From Acaryochloris marina S15 (lineage in GTDB: Bacteria; Cyanobacteriota; Cyanobacteriia; Thermosynechococcales; Thermosynechococcaceae): a stretch of DNA of 32,000 bases. Positions 6,796 to 16,693 of this stretch are shown piece by piece (within the stretch, counting starts at the first letter, position 1; every line of letters starts with the position of its first letter). Below the pieces are notes generated by a model, which did not search any database, was not told the origin of the DNA, and worked only from the letters and a program-made list of their open reading frames with translations. The translations under genes and the position numbers were made by a program. Where the stretch lies: the NCBI RefSeq assembly GCF_018336915.1, contig NZ_CP064923.1:840001-872000 (forward strand). Reading direction: 5' to 3'.

Positions 6796-8958
6796 ATGTT
6801 GAATATTGTTCAAATACTCTCTCAAGAGCTATCGATTTCTCCTCAGCGCCTGCAAAATGCTTTGGAGTTGTTTGCTGAAGGGGCGACGATTCCTTTTGTA
6901 GCCCGGTATCGAAAAGAGCGGACCGGACAAATGGATGAGATTCAACTGCGACAACTCTCGGAACGGTTTACCTACCTGACCGAACTGGAAGAGCGCAAAA
7001 AGACGATTCTGGAATCGATTGCCCAACAGAATAAGCTGACGGAGCCCCTCAAAGTCAAAATTGAAGCCTGTTTACTCAAAACTGAACTTGAAGATTTGTA
7101 CTTGCCCTATCGTCCTAAACGACGAACCCGAGCCACCATTGCTAAAGAAAAAGGATTAGAACCCTTCGCCCAATGGCTTCAAGCTCTCAATAAACCCACC
7201 GCAACCCTGAATCAAGATTTGGCAACAGAAGCCGCCCGCTACATCAATCAAGACGTTGCTACTGCCGAGGATGCTTTGCAGGGTGCCTCTGATATTTTGG
7301 CAGAAGGGATTGCCGATCAGGCTGAAATCCGCTCCCATCTGAAAAGTCGCTTCTTCCAAGTCGGTGAATTTGTGTCTCAGGTGAAAGCCAAATACCCGGA
7401 AGGGAGTACCAAGTTTGAGATGTACCGGAGCTACCAAGCCCGAGCCAAGAGCATTCCTGCCCATAATTTGTTGGCCCTTTATCGGGGCGAGACAGAAGGC
7501 ATTCTCAAAGTGGAGTTGGTTATTGATGAAGAGCGCATCTTGGGCGATATCGAAGAGCGAATGACTCGCTCTAAAGTTCGAGCAGTGCGAGACTTTTTCC
7601 GAGATGTGGTGAAGGATGCCTATGCTCGCTTGATTAAGCCTTCAGTGATCAAGGAAGTTCGAGCCACCTGCAAAGCCGAGGCGGATCGCGAGTCGATCCA
7701 AACCTTTGCCACCAATTTACGGGAACTGCTGCTGTCTAGTCCTGCGGGGATGAAGCCCACTTTGGGGATTGATCCAGGGTTTCGCACAGGCTGCAAAGTG
7801 GTTGCTCTAGATAATACGGGAAAATTTTTGGAATACCAGGCGATTTTCCCTCACCAGGCAGCGGGACAGCGAGACCAAGCAGCTAAAACCGTTGCTCGCT
7901 TAATTCGGACCTATAGCATTGACCTCATTGCCATCGGCAATGGGACAGCGGGCCGAGAAACGGATGCCTTTGTGGCTGATGTCTTAAAAACCTTGGACTG
8001 CAAGCCCATCAAGGTAATGGTGAACGAGTCGGGCGCTTCGATTTATTCGGCCAGTGAGATTGCCATTGCCGAATTTCCTGACTTAGATATCACGGTGCGC
8101 GGGGCGATCAGTATTGCCCGCCGCCTCCAAGATCCTCTGGCAGAGCTGGTGAAGCTCGATCCAAAGTCTATTGGGGTGGGCCAGTATCAGCATGATGTGG
8201 ATCAAAAGTTGCTGAAGCAAAAGCTAGAAGAGACGGTGGAAAGTTGTGTGAACTATGTGGGGGTCGATTTGAATACGGCCTCGAAGGAATTGCTGACGTT
8301 TGTGTCGGGAATAACAGGGGCAATAGCAAACAATATCATCACCTATCGCAACCAAAATGGAGCTTTCAAAAACCGTAAGCAGATCCTGAAAGTTGCCAAG
8401 CTAGGTCCCAAAGCCTTTGAGCAAGCCGCTGGATTTTTGAGGATTCGGACGGGGGAGAATCCCCTGGACAATACTGCTGTCCATCCCGAAAGCTACGGTG
8501 TAGTCAAGACGATTAGTGCAGATCTAGAGTTACCCCTGAGCCAAATTGCGGAGATTCCAGCGCATCTTAGACCGGGTGATCTCAAAACCTATGCGACGGA
8601 CACGATTGGTGAGCCTACCCTCAAAGACATCATGGCAGAGTTGGAAAAACCAGGCCGCGATCCACGGGCTGAATTCAAATATGCCACTTTCAAGGAAGGC
8701 ATTACTGAGTTAACAGATCTCAAGCCTGAGATGCAGTTAGAAGGAATTGTCACGAATGTCACCAACTTTGGGGCTTTTGTGGATGTTGGGGTACATCAAG
8801 ATGGTTTGGTCCATATTTCGCAAATGGCGGACCAGTTTGTTAAAGACCCTAAGCAGATTGTGAAAGTGGGGCAAGTGGTGAAGGTGCGGGTGCTAGAGGT
8901 GAACCAGAAACTCAAACGCATTGGTCTATCGATGCGCTCTACCTCTAACAGAACATAG
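6796..8958 (+). CDS. tex: Transcription accessory protein Tex (YqgF/RuvC-like, HhH and C-terminal S1 domains)
   Basis: 720 aa: ATIPFVARYRKE, LGIDPGFRTGCKV, IAIGNGTA and GVGQYQHDV, with a C-terminal S1 domain LEGIVTNVTNFGAFVDVGVHQDGLVHIS. Confidence 0.95.
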   Translation: MLNIVQILSQELSISPQRLQNALELFAEGATIPFVARYRKERTGQMDEIQLRQLSERFTYLTELEERKKTILESIAQQNKLTEPLKVKIEACLLKTELEDLYLPYRPKRRTRATIAKEKGLEPFAQWLQALNKPTATLNQDLATEAARYINQDVATAEDALQGASDILAEGIADQAEIRSHLKSRFFQVGEFVSQVKAKYPEGSTKFEMYRSYQARAKSIPAHNLLALYRGETEGILKVELVIDEERILGDIEERMTRSKVRAVRDFFRDVVKDAYARLIKPSVIKEVRATCKAEADRESIQTFATNLRELLLSSPAGMKPTLGIDPGFRTGCKVVALDNTGKFLEYQAIFPHQAAGQRDQAAKTVARLIRTYSIDLIAIGNGTAGRETDAFVADVLKTLDCKPIKVMVNESGASIYSASEIAIAEFPDLDITVRGAISIARRLQDPLAELVKLDPKSIGVGQYQHDVDQKLLKQKLEETVESCVNYVGVDLNTASKELLTFVSGITGAIANNIITYRNQNGAFKNRKQILKVAKLGPKAFEQAAGFLRIRTGENPLDNTAVHPESYGVVKTISADLELPLSQIAEIPAHLRPGDLKTYATDTIGEPTLKDIMAELEKPGRDPRAEFKYATFKEGITELTDLKPEMQLEGIVTNVTNFGAFVDVGVHQDGLVHISQMADQFVKDPKQIVKVGQVVKVRVLEVNQKLKRIGLSMRSTSNRT

Positions 8959-9051
8959 CGTTCGCTGCTTGTTGGGGTAGCCAGAGCCAATCGTTCAAGC
9001 GGGTCAGGATGTATAAAAGGGCAGGGAGTTCAAGTATGGCTATCTTTAGAC

Positions 9052-9321
9052 TTATGCATCGTCATCATCGCTTTTATCTGACTTATTCTGGTGATGATTT
9101 AGCCAAGTGATAAGTGCCTTGCCCCCTAATGAGGATACAACTAGAGCGATGTCAAACATACGGTCTTGTTGCTCCGAAAGAGTGGGCTTATTGGCTAACT
9201 GAACGGCTTTACTACCTGTGCTAAGGGTAAAGCATAACAAGGTAGTGATAATGAGCCTAGAGATAGCTGTCGATTTGTTGTGTCGCATCATGAACTCCGC
9301 GATTTGTTTGCATGAGTCCAT
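9052..9321 (-). CDS. Hypothetical small protein with one hydrophobic segment and an acidic tail
   Basis: Only an 89-aa ORF with a hydrophobic stretch (ISRLIITTLLCFTLS) and a KSDKSDDDDA end. No family recognised, so it may not be a real gene. Confidence 0.3.
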   Translation of the reverse strand: MDSCKQIAEFMMRHNKSTAISRLIITTLLCFTLSTGSKAVQLANKPTLSEQQDRMFDIALVVSSLGGKALITWLNHHQNKSDKSDDDDA

Positions 9322-10189
9322 AATGCTGGAAAAATCTTTGAAGTTCAGTCCCTGAAAGGGTTCTGATGGAGATGGCTTGAGGATGAGTTTGGTATGAGAT
9401 TAATCGCTTTCAGATCTACCGCAGAATTATCAGTCACTTGATGGAGGGATTAGCAGTGTCTTGTCGGAAATTAAACGACTTCCTAGTTGGTAGGATGTGC
9501 TGATTTTCATAGGTAAAATATTGGCAAGCTATGAGATAAATAAATGGCATCAAGATCTATCTCAGCCACCACTGAAGGCTGTAGAAAGGCTACAAATGCT
9601 CGTACTGGAAAAGGGTGGAGTAATGAAGATCTTGCCAGTAAAGTCATTATTCAGGGTAAAAAGACTACTACTGGAATTGGTATTGCGACCGTTAAAAATT
9701 TTTTTGCTGGTCAAAATGTTGATCGAAAATATTTTGTAGGAATTTGTACCGCGCTAGAACTAGATTGGGAAGGCATAGCAGGTTTAAAGGCGGTCTCAAC
9801 AAAAACTGAATCTACACTGCATGTAGACACTATCGAAACACTTGTTCAAACGATTCGCCAAAAGGTAAACGCTGATATTCACAATCGCTGCGGCACGATG
9901 CGGGTGCTGGATATGGAGCAGCCCATTGGAATTGGGGAGATTTATACCTGCGTCAATATCCTTAAGAAACTGTCTGGAAACCAGCGTCTAGGGGTTAAGG
10001 AGCTATGGCAAGACTGTAATATTAACAACTTTGATCGCTTGATGTTGGGGCAGGTAAGTGTTGAGCGCGTACCGGGATTAGCAGCGGTTGAATGGCATAA
10101 CAAGCTGATGATCTTGGGCAAGCCGGGGGCAGGCAAGACCACTTTTATGAAACGACTGGCAACCCAATGCAATCAAGGGAAGTTTGATA

Positions 10190-11331
10190 CCAAATCCGAT
10201 TTATATAACTCCGATATAATTCATAATTAGAGAATGCCAAGAAAACTGTATCTCGAACCTCATTTTTCGCCTGAGGAGCTGAAGTCTCATTATCGGGCCA
10301 GCCAAGACCCAGTAGAATCGCGCCGCTGGCATCTGCTGTGGCTCGTCAGTGAGCAAACAAAGCTAACTCAAGCAGCCCAAGTGGTCGGTCTCAACTACGA
10401 TTACGCCCGAGAAATTGTTAGAGAGTATAACCGCAATGGAGCTAATGGATTACGCAACCGACGCAAAGATAAACGACCTTACCAATCTCGCAGTCTCCTG
10501 ACTCAAGACCAATGTGCACAATTGTCGACTCGTCTCCAAACCCCACCTGCCGACGGTGGTCTATGGAACGGGCCAAAAGTAGCACAGGTCATCGCCCAAA
10601 TGACAGGAGTTGAGAAGGTTTGGCCCCAACGAGGTTGGGACTATCTCAAGCGATTGGAGCAGTCCCTTCAATGCCCACGTCCTCATCATCGTAAAGGCGA
10701 CCCAGAGGCACAAGCCGCCTTTAAAAAAACTGCCTGAGTGCAAAGCAGAATTGGAGCGACGCTATCCTGATGCTCAAGTCGAAGTGTGGTCTTTTGATGA
10801 ACACCGCTTAGGCCTTAAACCCATCATTCGAAAGATCTGGGCACCTGTAGGTCAGCGTCCGATTGCTGAGGTGGACCATCGCTACGAATGGGCCTATCTT
10901 TATGGATTCGTTCACCCCGCAACAGGCGACACTGAATGGTTCATTCTGCCTCGGGTGAATGGAGAATGGTTTAATCAAGCCCTGCAAAGCTTTGCTCAGC
11001 AAGTTGGAGCGGGACAGCACAAACAGATTCTTCTCGTTCTAGATGGTGCAGGATGGCATACCTGTAAAAATCTGGTGGTACCTAAAGGCATTCATCTGAA
11101 GGTTTTACCTCCCTATTCTCCAGAACTACAGCCCGCTGAACGATTGTGGCGGCTAGCGGATGAACCAATCGCCAATCGATGCTTTGAGACCCTCGATGCT
11201 CTCGAAGATGTGCTCGAGGAGCGCTGTCGAACTTTAATGACCATGCAATCAGACATTAAAGCTCTCACTTACTACCATTGGTGGCCAGTTTGACCGATGA
11301 GATATTTCAGGGGTTAATAAGTCGGATTTGG
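10190..11331 (+). mobile_element. IS630-family insertion sequence (about 1142 bp)
   Basis: Imperfect terminal inverted repeats: CCAAATCCGATTTATATAAC at the left, and the reverse complement of GTTAATAAGTCGGATTTGG at the right. TA flanks both ends (10188-10189 and 11332-11333). Boundaries are ambiguous by 1 nt because the flanks read ATA/TAT. Confidence 0.85.
10234..11293 (+). CDS. IS630-family DDE transposase, two frames joined at an A7 run (10723-10729)
   Basis: orfA (10234-10737) has an HTH N-terminus ending ...EAQAAFKKTA-stop. The +1 frame continues LPECKAELERRYPDAQVEVWSFDEHRLGLKP...LVLDGAGWH...YSPELQPAERLW (DDE signature). Skipping one A gives a 352-aa protein, a typical IS630 transposase length. 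Confidence 0.85.
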
Positions 11332-12464
11332 TATGAATCCGATAGGATTCCTGTATTTGTCACCCTTAAAGAATTTTCTGAAGCTCTAGGTAAACCTGAT
11401 TTGCAAAGCTATGTTGCTCAGCAATGGGAAGCTTGTAAAGTTGAGGGAACTAGCCTTCCCCAGGTCTTAGATGCTGGGCGTGTCTTAGTTTTGCTAGATG
11501 GTCTAGATGAGGTGCAGGACGAAGAACATGATCGTGTGTTGCATTCAATTAAAGGATTTACGGAACAGTTTCATAACTGCCAGTGTGTAATGACATGCCG
11601 GATTGCTGCTCGTGAATATACGTTTGAGCAGTTTACGGAAGTGGAAGTTGCCGATTTTAAGCAAGAGCAAATAGAAGACTTTGCTACCAAATGGTTTGGG
11701 GCCAGGCAAGATCCTGACAAGGGTGAAAGTTTTATCAAACGCTTGCAGGATAATAAGCCGATTCAAGAGCTAGCCACCAATCCACTGTTGTTGACGTTGC
11801 TGTGTTGGGTATTTGGTGAGGCCAATGATTTTCCCCTTAATCGGTCGGAGCTGTACAAGGAAGGACTAGATGTTCTGCTGAAAAAATGGGATGGCAAACG
11901 TAATATTGAACGCGATCAGGTCTACAAAAAACTGTCCTTGAAGCGAAAAGAAGATTTGCTCAGTCAATTGGCCTATCAAACTTTTGAGAAGGGAGATTAC
12001 TTTTTTAAACAGAACGTTATTGAAAAGAAAATTATTGACTATATCTGTAATTTGTCAGGTGCTAATGAAGATGAAGAAGCGCTTCAACTAGATAGCGAAG
12101 CTGTGCTCAAGTCCATTGAAGCCCAACATGGCTTGCTGGTGGAACGGGCTAGGGGGATTTATTCCTTCTCGCACTTGACTTTTCAAGAATATTTCACGGC
12201 TAAACAAATTACCTGTCCTACTTCTCAACTTCCTAAAGCCCTAGAGAATCTCGCCAAACATTGTTTGGAAAAACGTTATCGAGAGGTCTTTTTTCTTGTT
12301 GTAGGGATGTTGCCTGAAGCCGATGATTTTTTCAGGCTGCTCAAAATTCAGGTTGATCAGTTAATGGCTGATGAACCTGAACTACAAAAGTTTTTAGCTT
12401 GGGTTTCTGGAAAAGCTCAATCCGTTAAAGTTGACCATCAATTGGAAGCAATTCGAGCTTACTA

Positions 12465-12640
12465 CCTCGACCTCTCCCTCGACCTCTTCCGCTCCCGCTC
12501 CCTCGACCTCGACCTCTCCCTTTCCCTTTTCCACTCCCTCTCCCGCTCCCTCGACCTCTCCCTCTCCCGCTCCCTCGACCTCCCCCTTTTTCGCCCCCTT
12601 TCCCTTGACCTCAACCTCTCCCTCTTCCGCTCCCTCAACC
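12465..12640 (+). repeat. Polypyrimidine low-complexity coding repeat (CTC/GAC/TCC/CGC units) encoding (L-D/S)n
   Basis: My hand count gives 25 purines in 176 nt on the + strand (about 86 percent C+T). It encodes LDLSLDLFRSRSLDLDLSLSLFHSLSRSLDLSLSRSLDLPLFRPLSLDLNLSLFRSL and contains a 24-nt unit CTCTCCCGCTCCCTCGACCTCTCC in tandem. It generates ORFs in 3 frames. Confidence 0.9.
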
Positions 12641-13067
12641 AACTAGCCAAGAGTGAGTCAAAAGAAAAAGATGATCCTGAAATCATTATTAAATTGAAAG
12701 CCTTGCAATCCCAACTCCCTGATCCACAGGATATTCAAGCTGTCAGTACTTGGTGGACAGAGATGGGAGAGTCATGGATTAAAAATTTGCGTCAAGTCAT
12801 GATTGATCATCGCAATATTGGCCATGATTGGCAGTTCACCCCAGCCCAAACAGAAAAACTGCAGCAGTATTTTGAGGCTAATCAATTAGTAGTTGATTGC
12901 CTCAATAGTGATTGCTATGTCACCAAGGCAATGCGCCAAGAGATTCTGTCAACCTTGTTGTTACCGATGAGTGAGCTAGAGGAGTTGCCCAATTTAGCGA
13001 ATTGAAAGATGCCTTTAGATGGCTGGCAAAAACGACTGTAAGGGGCAACCTTGATGCCAACTTTCAG

Positions 13068-15449
13068 TTAATGCAATAGACAGTGGGCATACTGGGTTGC
13101 CCGCTGCATTAACAATTCATGGGTCGACCGTTCTGGTTCATCCGGCCCAGGACGCCGTTGAACAAACGTTCCATCGGACTGCAAATCCCAAGCTTGGCGA
13201 TTGTCCGAAAGCATAATTTCCAACAACTCCCGCAGCTCTGCCACTAAAGCTGGATCCTCGATGGGTACTACCGCCTCCACCCGCCGATCTAGATTGCGCT
13301 GACGCCAGTCCGCACTGCCAATCAGCACCGTGGGTTGCCCTTGGTTGTGGAAATAAAAGATGCGGTCATGCTCCAAAAAGCGACCAATAATACTAATTAC
13401 ACTGATCGTCTCGCTAATCCCTTTCAGTCCAGGTTTGAGACTACAAATGCCCCGCACAATCAGATCAATCTTGACCCCTGCCTGAGAAGCCCGATACAAA
13501 GCCCGAATGATTTTTGCATCCACCAGAGAATTCATCTTGGCAATAATTCGACCCGAATTCCCCTGCCGTTGGTGATCGACTTCGCGATCAATCAATTCCA
13601 AGATGCGATCGCGCAAATTCACCGGAGCCACCAACAGCTTCCGATAGCTTTGGTGCCGGGAAAAACCCGTCAGATAGTTAAACAAATCCGTCAGATCCGC
13701 CCCCAAGTCATCTCGACAGCTCAGTAACCCTAAATCCGTATAGAGTCGAGCCGTTTTCGGGTTGTAGTTGCCGGTACCGATATGGACATAGCGGCGAATT
13801 TTCTTGCTTTCTCGCCGTACCACCAGGGCAATTTTGGTGTGGGTTTTCAGGCCCACCAATCCATAGACCACATGGACGCCGACTTTCTCTAACTTCCGAG
13901 CCCAGACAATATTATTCTCTTCATCAAACCGCGCCTTTAGCTCCACCAGAGCCACCACCTGCTTGCCATTCTCCGCCGCCGCAATCAGGCTGCTGACAAT
14001 GGGAGAACTGGTCAGCCCCCCGTCCGCCGCTGTCCGATAGAGGGTCATTTTAATCGTCAGCACATTGGGGTCATGGGCGGCTTGGGTAATAAATTTTTGC
14101 ACCGTCGCCGTAAACGAATCATAGGGATGGTGGGCCAGCAGATCGCCGCCCCGAATCACCGAGAAAATATCCGTGGGTGGTTCCTTGATGCTTTTATCGG
14201 GTTGCCCATTGGCCGCGACCACCGGCATCTCTAACTGTTCCACCTTCCGTAAGCGTGTTGGCACAATGGGGGTCCAAGGGGCTTGCTGCAATTGGGGGAA
14301 GGGCAGAAAGCCCAGCCCCATCAGATCGCTTAAACTCAGTAGGCCCTCGATGTGATACACATCGCTTTCATCTAGCTCTAGCTCTCGCATCAGAGTCTGA
14401 CAGATAAAGTCTGGGGTTCCCGTTTGAATTTCCATCCGCACCACAGATCCAAAGCGGCGTTTGCGCAGTTCTTCCTCAATGGCTAGGAGTAAATCATCCG
14501 CTTCATCTTCTTCCAGCTCCAGATCGGCATTTCGGGTAATCCGAAACGGGTAACAGGCCTGAATGGTCATGCCTGGAAATAGAAACTCTAGATTTTGGGC
14601 AATCACCTGCTCAATGGGCACTCCACTCCAGCGGCAGGTCGAGCAATCACAGCTGTTCTCCGGTAACTCAATAAACCGAGGCAGCATACTTGGCACTTTG
14701 ACTCGGGCAAAATGCCCATCGCCTGTTTGGGTGTCTTTGACCAAAACCGCTAAATTCAGACTGAGATTGGAAATATAGGGAAAGGGATGGCCAGGGTCCA
14801 CGGCCAATGGGGTTAAGACGGGAAAAATCTGATCTAGAAAATATTGATGGAGAAAGGCAACTTGCTGCGGATTGAGATTGTCATAGTCGAGCAAGCAAAT
14901 ATCCTCTTTCGCCAGTTCAGGCTTGAGAAATTCAGTGAAGTACTGATGTTGTTGCTGAATTTCAGGCTTCAACTCCTTATGAATGGCGTCGAGTTGAGCT
15001 TGAGCCGTTAGTCCATCTAAGGAGCGCTGGGTGACCTGAGCGGCAATTTGTTGCTTTAAGCCCGAGACCCGCACCATAAAGTACTCATCTAAGTTGGAGC
15101 TGTAAATGGCCATAAACTTGAGCCGTTCTAGCAGCAACGTGCGCTCATCAAAGGCTTCATGCAAAACCCGTTGATTAAACTTCAGCCAGCTGATCTCACG
15201 ATTGAGGTAATAGGCTGGGTCGCGAAGATTAATCTCTGGCGGAGGGGCTACTGGGGGCTTAGGAGGCGGAGCAGGCTCTACACTATTGGCTTGACTCGCT
15301 GCCATAATCCGGTCTGCATCAGCCTGACTGACAGAGCTGCTGGGAGTGGTGGCCTCGATGTGTAAGGTGTGGCTAAGGGCGAGCACTTCTTTGGAGCTTC
15401 GCTGCAGCTCCCGTGCCAAGGTATAAATTCGAATGCTATCTGAACCCAT
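13068..15449 (-). CDS. ppk1: Polyphosphate kinase 1 with a 70-aa N-terminal extension
   Basis: 793 aa. The canonical PPK1 sequence starts at DPAYYLNREISWLKFNQRVLHEA (about aa 73). It also has HTKIALVVRRE and two PLD-like C-terminal domains. See findings for the N-terminal IF2_N-like module. Confidence 0.95.
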   Translation of the reverse strand: MGSDSIRIYTLARELQRSSKEVLALSHTLHIEATTPSSSVSQADADRIMAASQANSVEPAPPPKPPVAPPPEINLRDPAYYLNREISWLKFNQRVLHEAFDERTLLLERLKFMAIYSSNLDEYFMVRVSGLKQQIAAQVTQRSLDGLTAQAQLDAIHKELKPEIQQQHQYFTEFLKPELAKEDICLLDYDNLNPQQVAFLHQYFLDQIFPVLTPLAVDPGHPFPYISNLSLNLAVLVKDTQTGDGHFARVKVPSMLPRFIELPENSCDCSTCRWSGVPIEQVIAQNLEFLFPGMTIQACYPFRITRNADLELEEDEADDLLLAIEEELRKRRFGSVVRMEIQTGTPDFICQTLMRELELDESDVYHIEGLLSLSDLMGLGFLPFPQLQQAPWTPIVPTRLRKVEQLEMPVVAANGQPDKSIKEPPTDIFSVIRGGDLLAHHPYDSFTATVQKFITQAAHDPNVLTIKMTLYRTAADGGLTSSPIVSSLIAAAENGKQVVALVELKARFDEENNIVWARKLEKVGVHVVYGLVGLKTHTKIALVVRRESKKIRRYVHIGTGNYNPKTARLYTDLGLLSCRDDLGADLTDLFNYLTGFSRHQSYRKLLVAPVNLRDRILELIDREVDHQRQGNSGRIIAKMNSLVDAKIIRALYRASQAGVKIDLIVRGICSLKPGLKGISETISVISIIGRFLEHDRIFYFHNQGQPTVLIGSADWRQRNLDRRVEAVVPIEDPALVAELRELLEIMLSDNRQAWDLQSDGTFVQRRPGPDEPERSTHELLMQRATQYAHCLLH

Positions 15450-15945
15450 GGGTGTGTAGTTATCTGGAGTGGTCTAAGTCAGGGAATCTGGTGGCTGGAG
15501 CAGAATCGCTTAGGGTTTGATTTTGCGGGTTATAGGTAAAAAATACGTTAAGCCGGATCACTCCGTTGCAGCTATCGTTACATAGGTTTAACGCTTACCC
15601 GGTATCGATAGAGGTTGAGGCTTCGGACCATAAAGACCGATCTTGTAGGACTGAATGCCTAACTTTCGGCAATAGATACATCATTTTCAATCCTAATAGA
15701 TGTTAGAGATTGTGGTCGGTGATCATGGGGCTGTTGCCGATGGAACAAGCCTTTTTGCTGCATAACACTACCAATTTTTTTGAATATTTTTTGACAAAGG
15801 TAAAGATTATTAGTGCGGGTCCTAAGATGCCGATGTTATATTTAAATCTCTGCTGGGGGTATTCACTGATGACAGTGGTTTTATTTGAACGTATTGTTCA
15901 TACTTTTTCGCTACGACCGACTCAACAGCAGGTGCAACATCAATC

Positions 15946-16638
15946 ATGGTCCTTACCCAACCGAATCTAGCCATGCCCTCTCACAACTCTGATGACTCAC
16001 TTTCAGATAGTGAACTTATTCAAACCTTTGTAGAAGGGTTTGTACAAGGCCGTCCTGTCTTACTGTCCAACGCCAATCTGCGCACTGAGCCGTTGTTCGA
16101 CAGTATGCAGCTGATTGACAATAAAGAAGGTGTGATCTCGACGGCGAACCTCAGCCAAGCGCCCATCTCGGCTAAGATCCGTCCCGTATCAGCCTATTGG
16201 GGCGTGCTTCATGACGCCATGATGGAGCAAAGCTTTTATCCCCTTGCCAAGAGCGATATGAGCGATTGCTACATTTATCGCTACTGTGCGCCTTCCAACG
16301 ATTATGAAATGCACTGCACTACTGCCCGAGAACTGTGGCGGGTGTGCTGGGGACGTGGCTATAGCGTCCGGTCTGGTATTCCTTTGGATTTGATGATCTG
16401 GGGTCATGGCCCTACCAGTCATCGAGAAAAATGGCATGCCCTACGCAATATGGAATGTGAGAATGGCCAATTAGCCATCAAGATTCTAGGAGGCACCATC
16501 CGGGTGGATGGCGAAGATCTAGTGGTTTGGGCCCGTAAAAATGCCAGTACCCGGCTATCTTCCGTGAATCGGCAAGATCGTGATGGCCAGAGTCCTTTGA
16601 GATCAGGTATGCGGGGATATCTCCGGTTGAACAACTGA
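15946..16638 (+). CDS. Hypothetical protein (230 aa)
   Basis: A long ORF with non-repetitive composition and no overlapping alternative. No motif I can name. The start could be the second ATG at 15973. Confidence 0.55.
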   Translation: MVLTQPNLAMPSHNSDDSLSDSELIQTFVEGFVQGRPVLLSNANLRTEPLFDSMQLIDNKEGVISTANLSQAPISAKIRPVSAYWGVLHDAMMEQSFYPLAKSDMSDCYIYRYCAPSNDYEMHCTTARELWRVCWGRGYSVRSGIPLDLMIWGHGPTSHREKWHALRNMECENGQLAIKILGGTIRVDGEDLVVWARKNASTRLSSVNRQDRDGQSPLRSGMRGYLRLNN

Positions 16639-16693
16639 TCGGATGACGAGGTATCGATAACGGCCTCTTCCATTCCAGACTGTAAAGGTTGAC

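Larger units (their letters stand above)
9544..13005 (+). pseudogene. HTH-NACHT STAND NTPase gene interrupted by an IS630-family insertion
   Basis: The 5' piece (9544 to about 10188) has an N-terminal HTH-like module (GWSNEDLASKV...TVKNFFAGQNVDRKYFVGICTALELDW) and the Walker A motif GKPGAGKTTFMKRLATQCNQGKFD. The 3' piece (about 11332-13005, same frame) continues ESDRIPVFVTLKEF and carries the Walker B motif VLVLLDGLDEV, then NPLLLTLLC. The IS supplies the stop at 10228. Confidence 0.85.

Noticed and set aside
12394-12686. Three extra ORFs (two minus, one plus) rich in E/G/V, S/T/P or R/E/S.
   Set aside because: All are alternative-frame readings of the polypyrimidine repeat inside the NACHT gene, and are artefacts of the low-complexity sequence.
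13335-15365. Several plus-strand ORFs (130, 60, 71 and 68 aa) opposite ppk1. Similar antisense or alternative-frame ORFs occur inside slt (16744-18440), tex (6829-8990), the exosortase (22082-22462) and pepP (24392-24695).
   Set aside because: They are embedded in long, motif-rich genes and have no independent coding signal.
15710-15970. 86-aa ORF in the 500-bp ppk1 / hypothetical-gene intergenic region.
   Set aside because: It has a TTG start, hydrophobic low-complexity text and no SD, and it overlaps the start of the better-supported 15946 ORF. The long spacer itself showed no structure I could defend.
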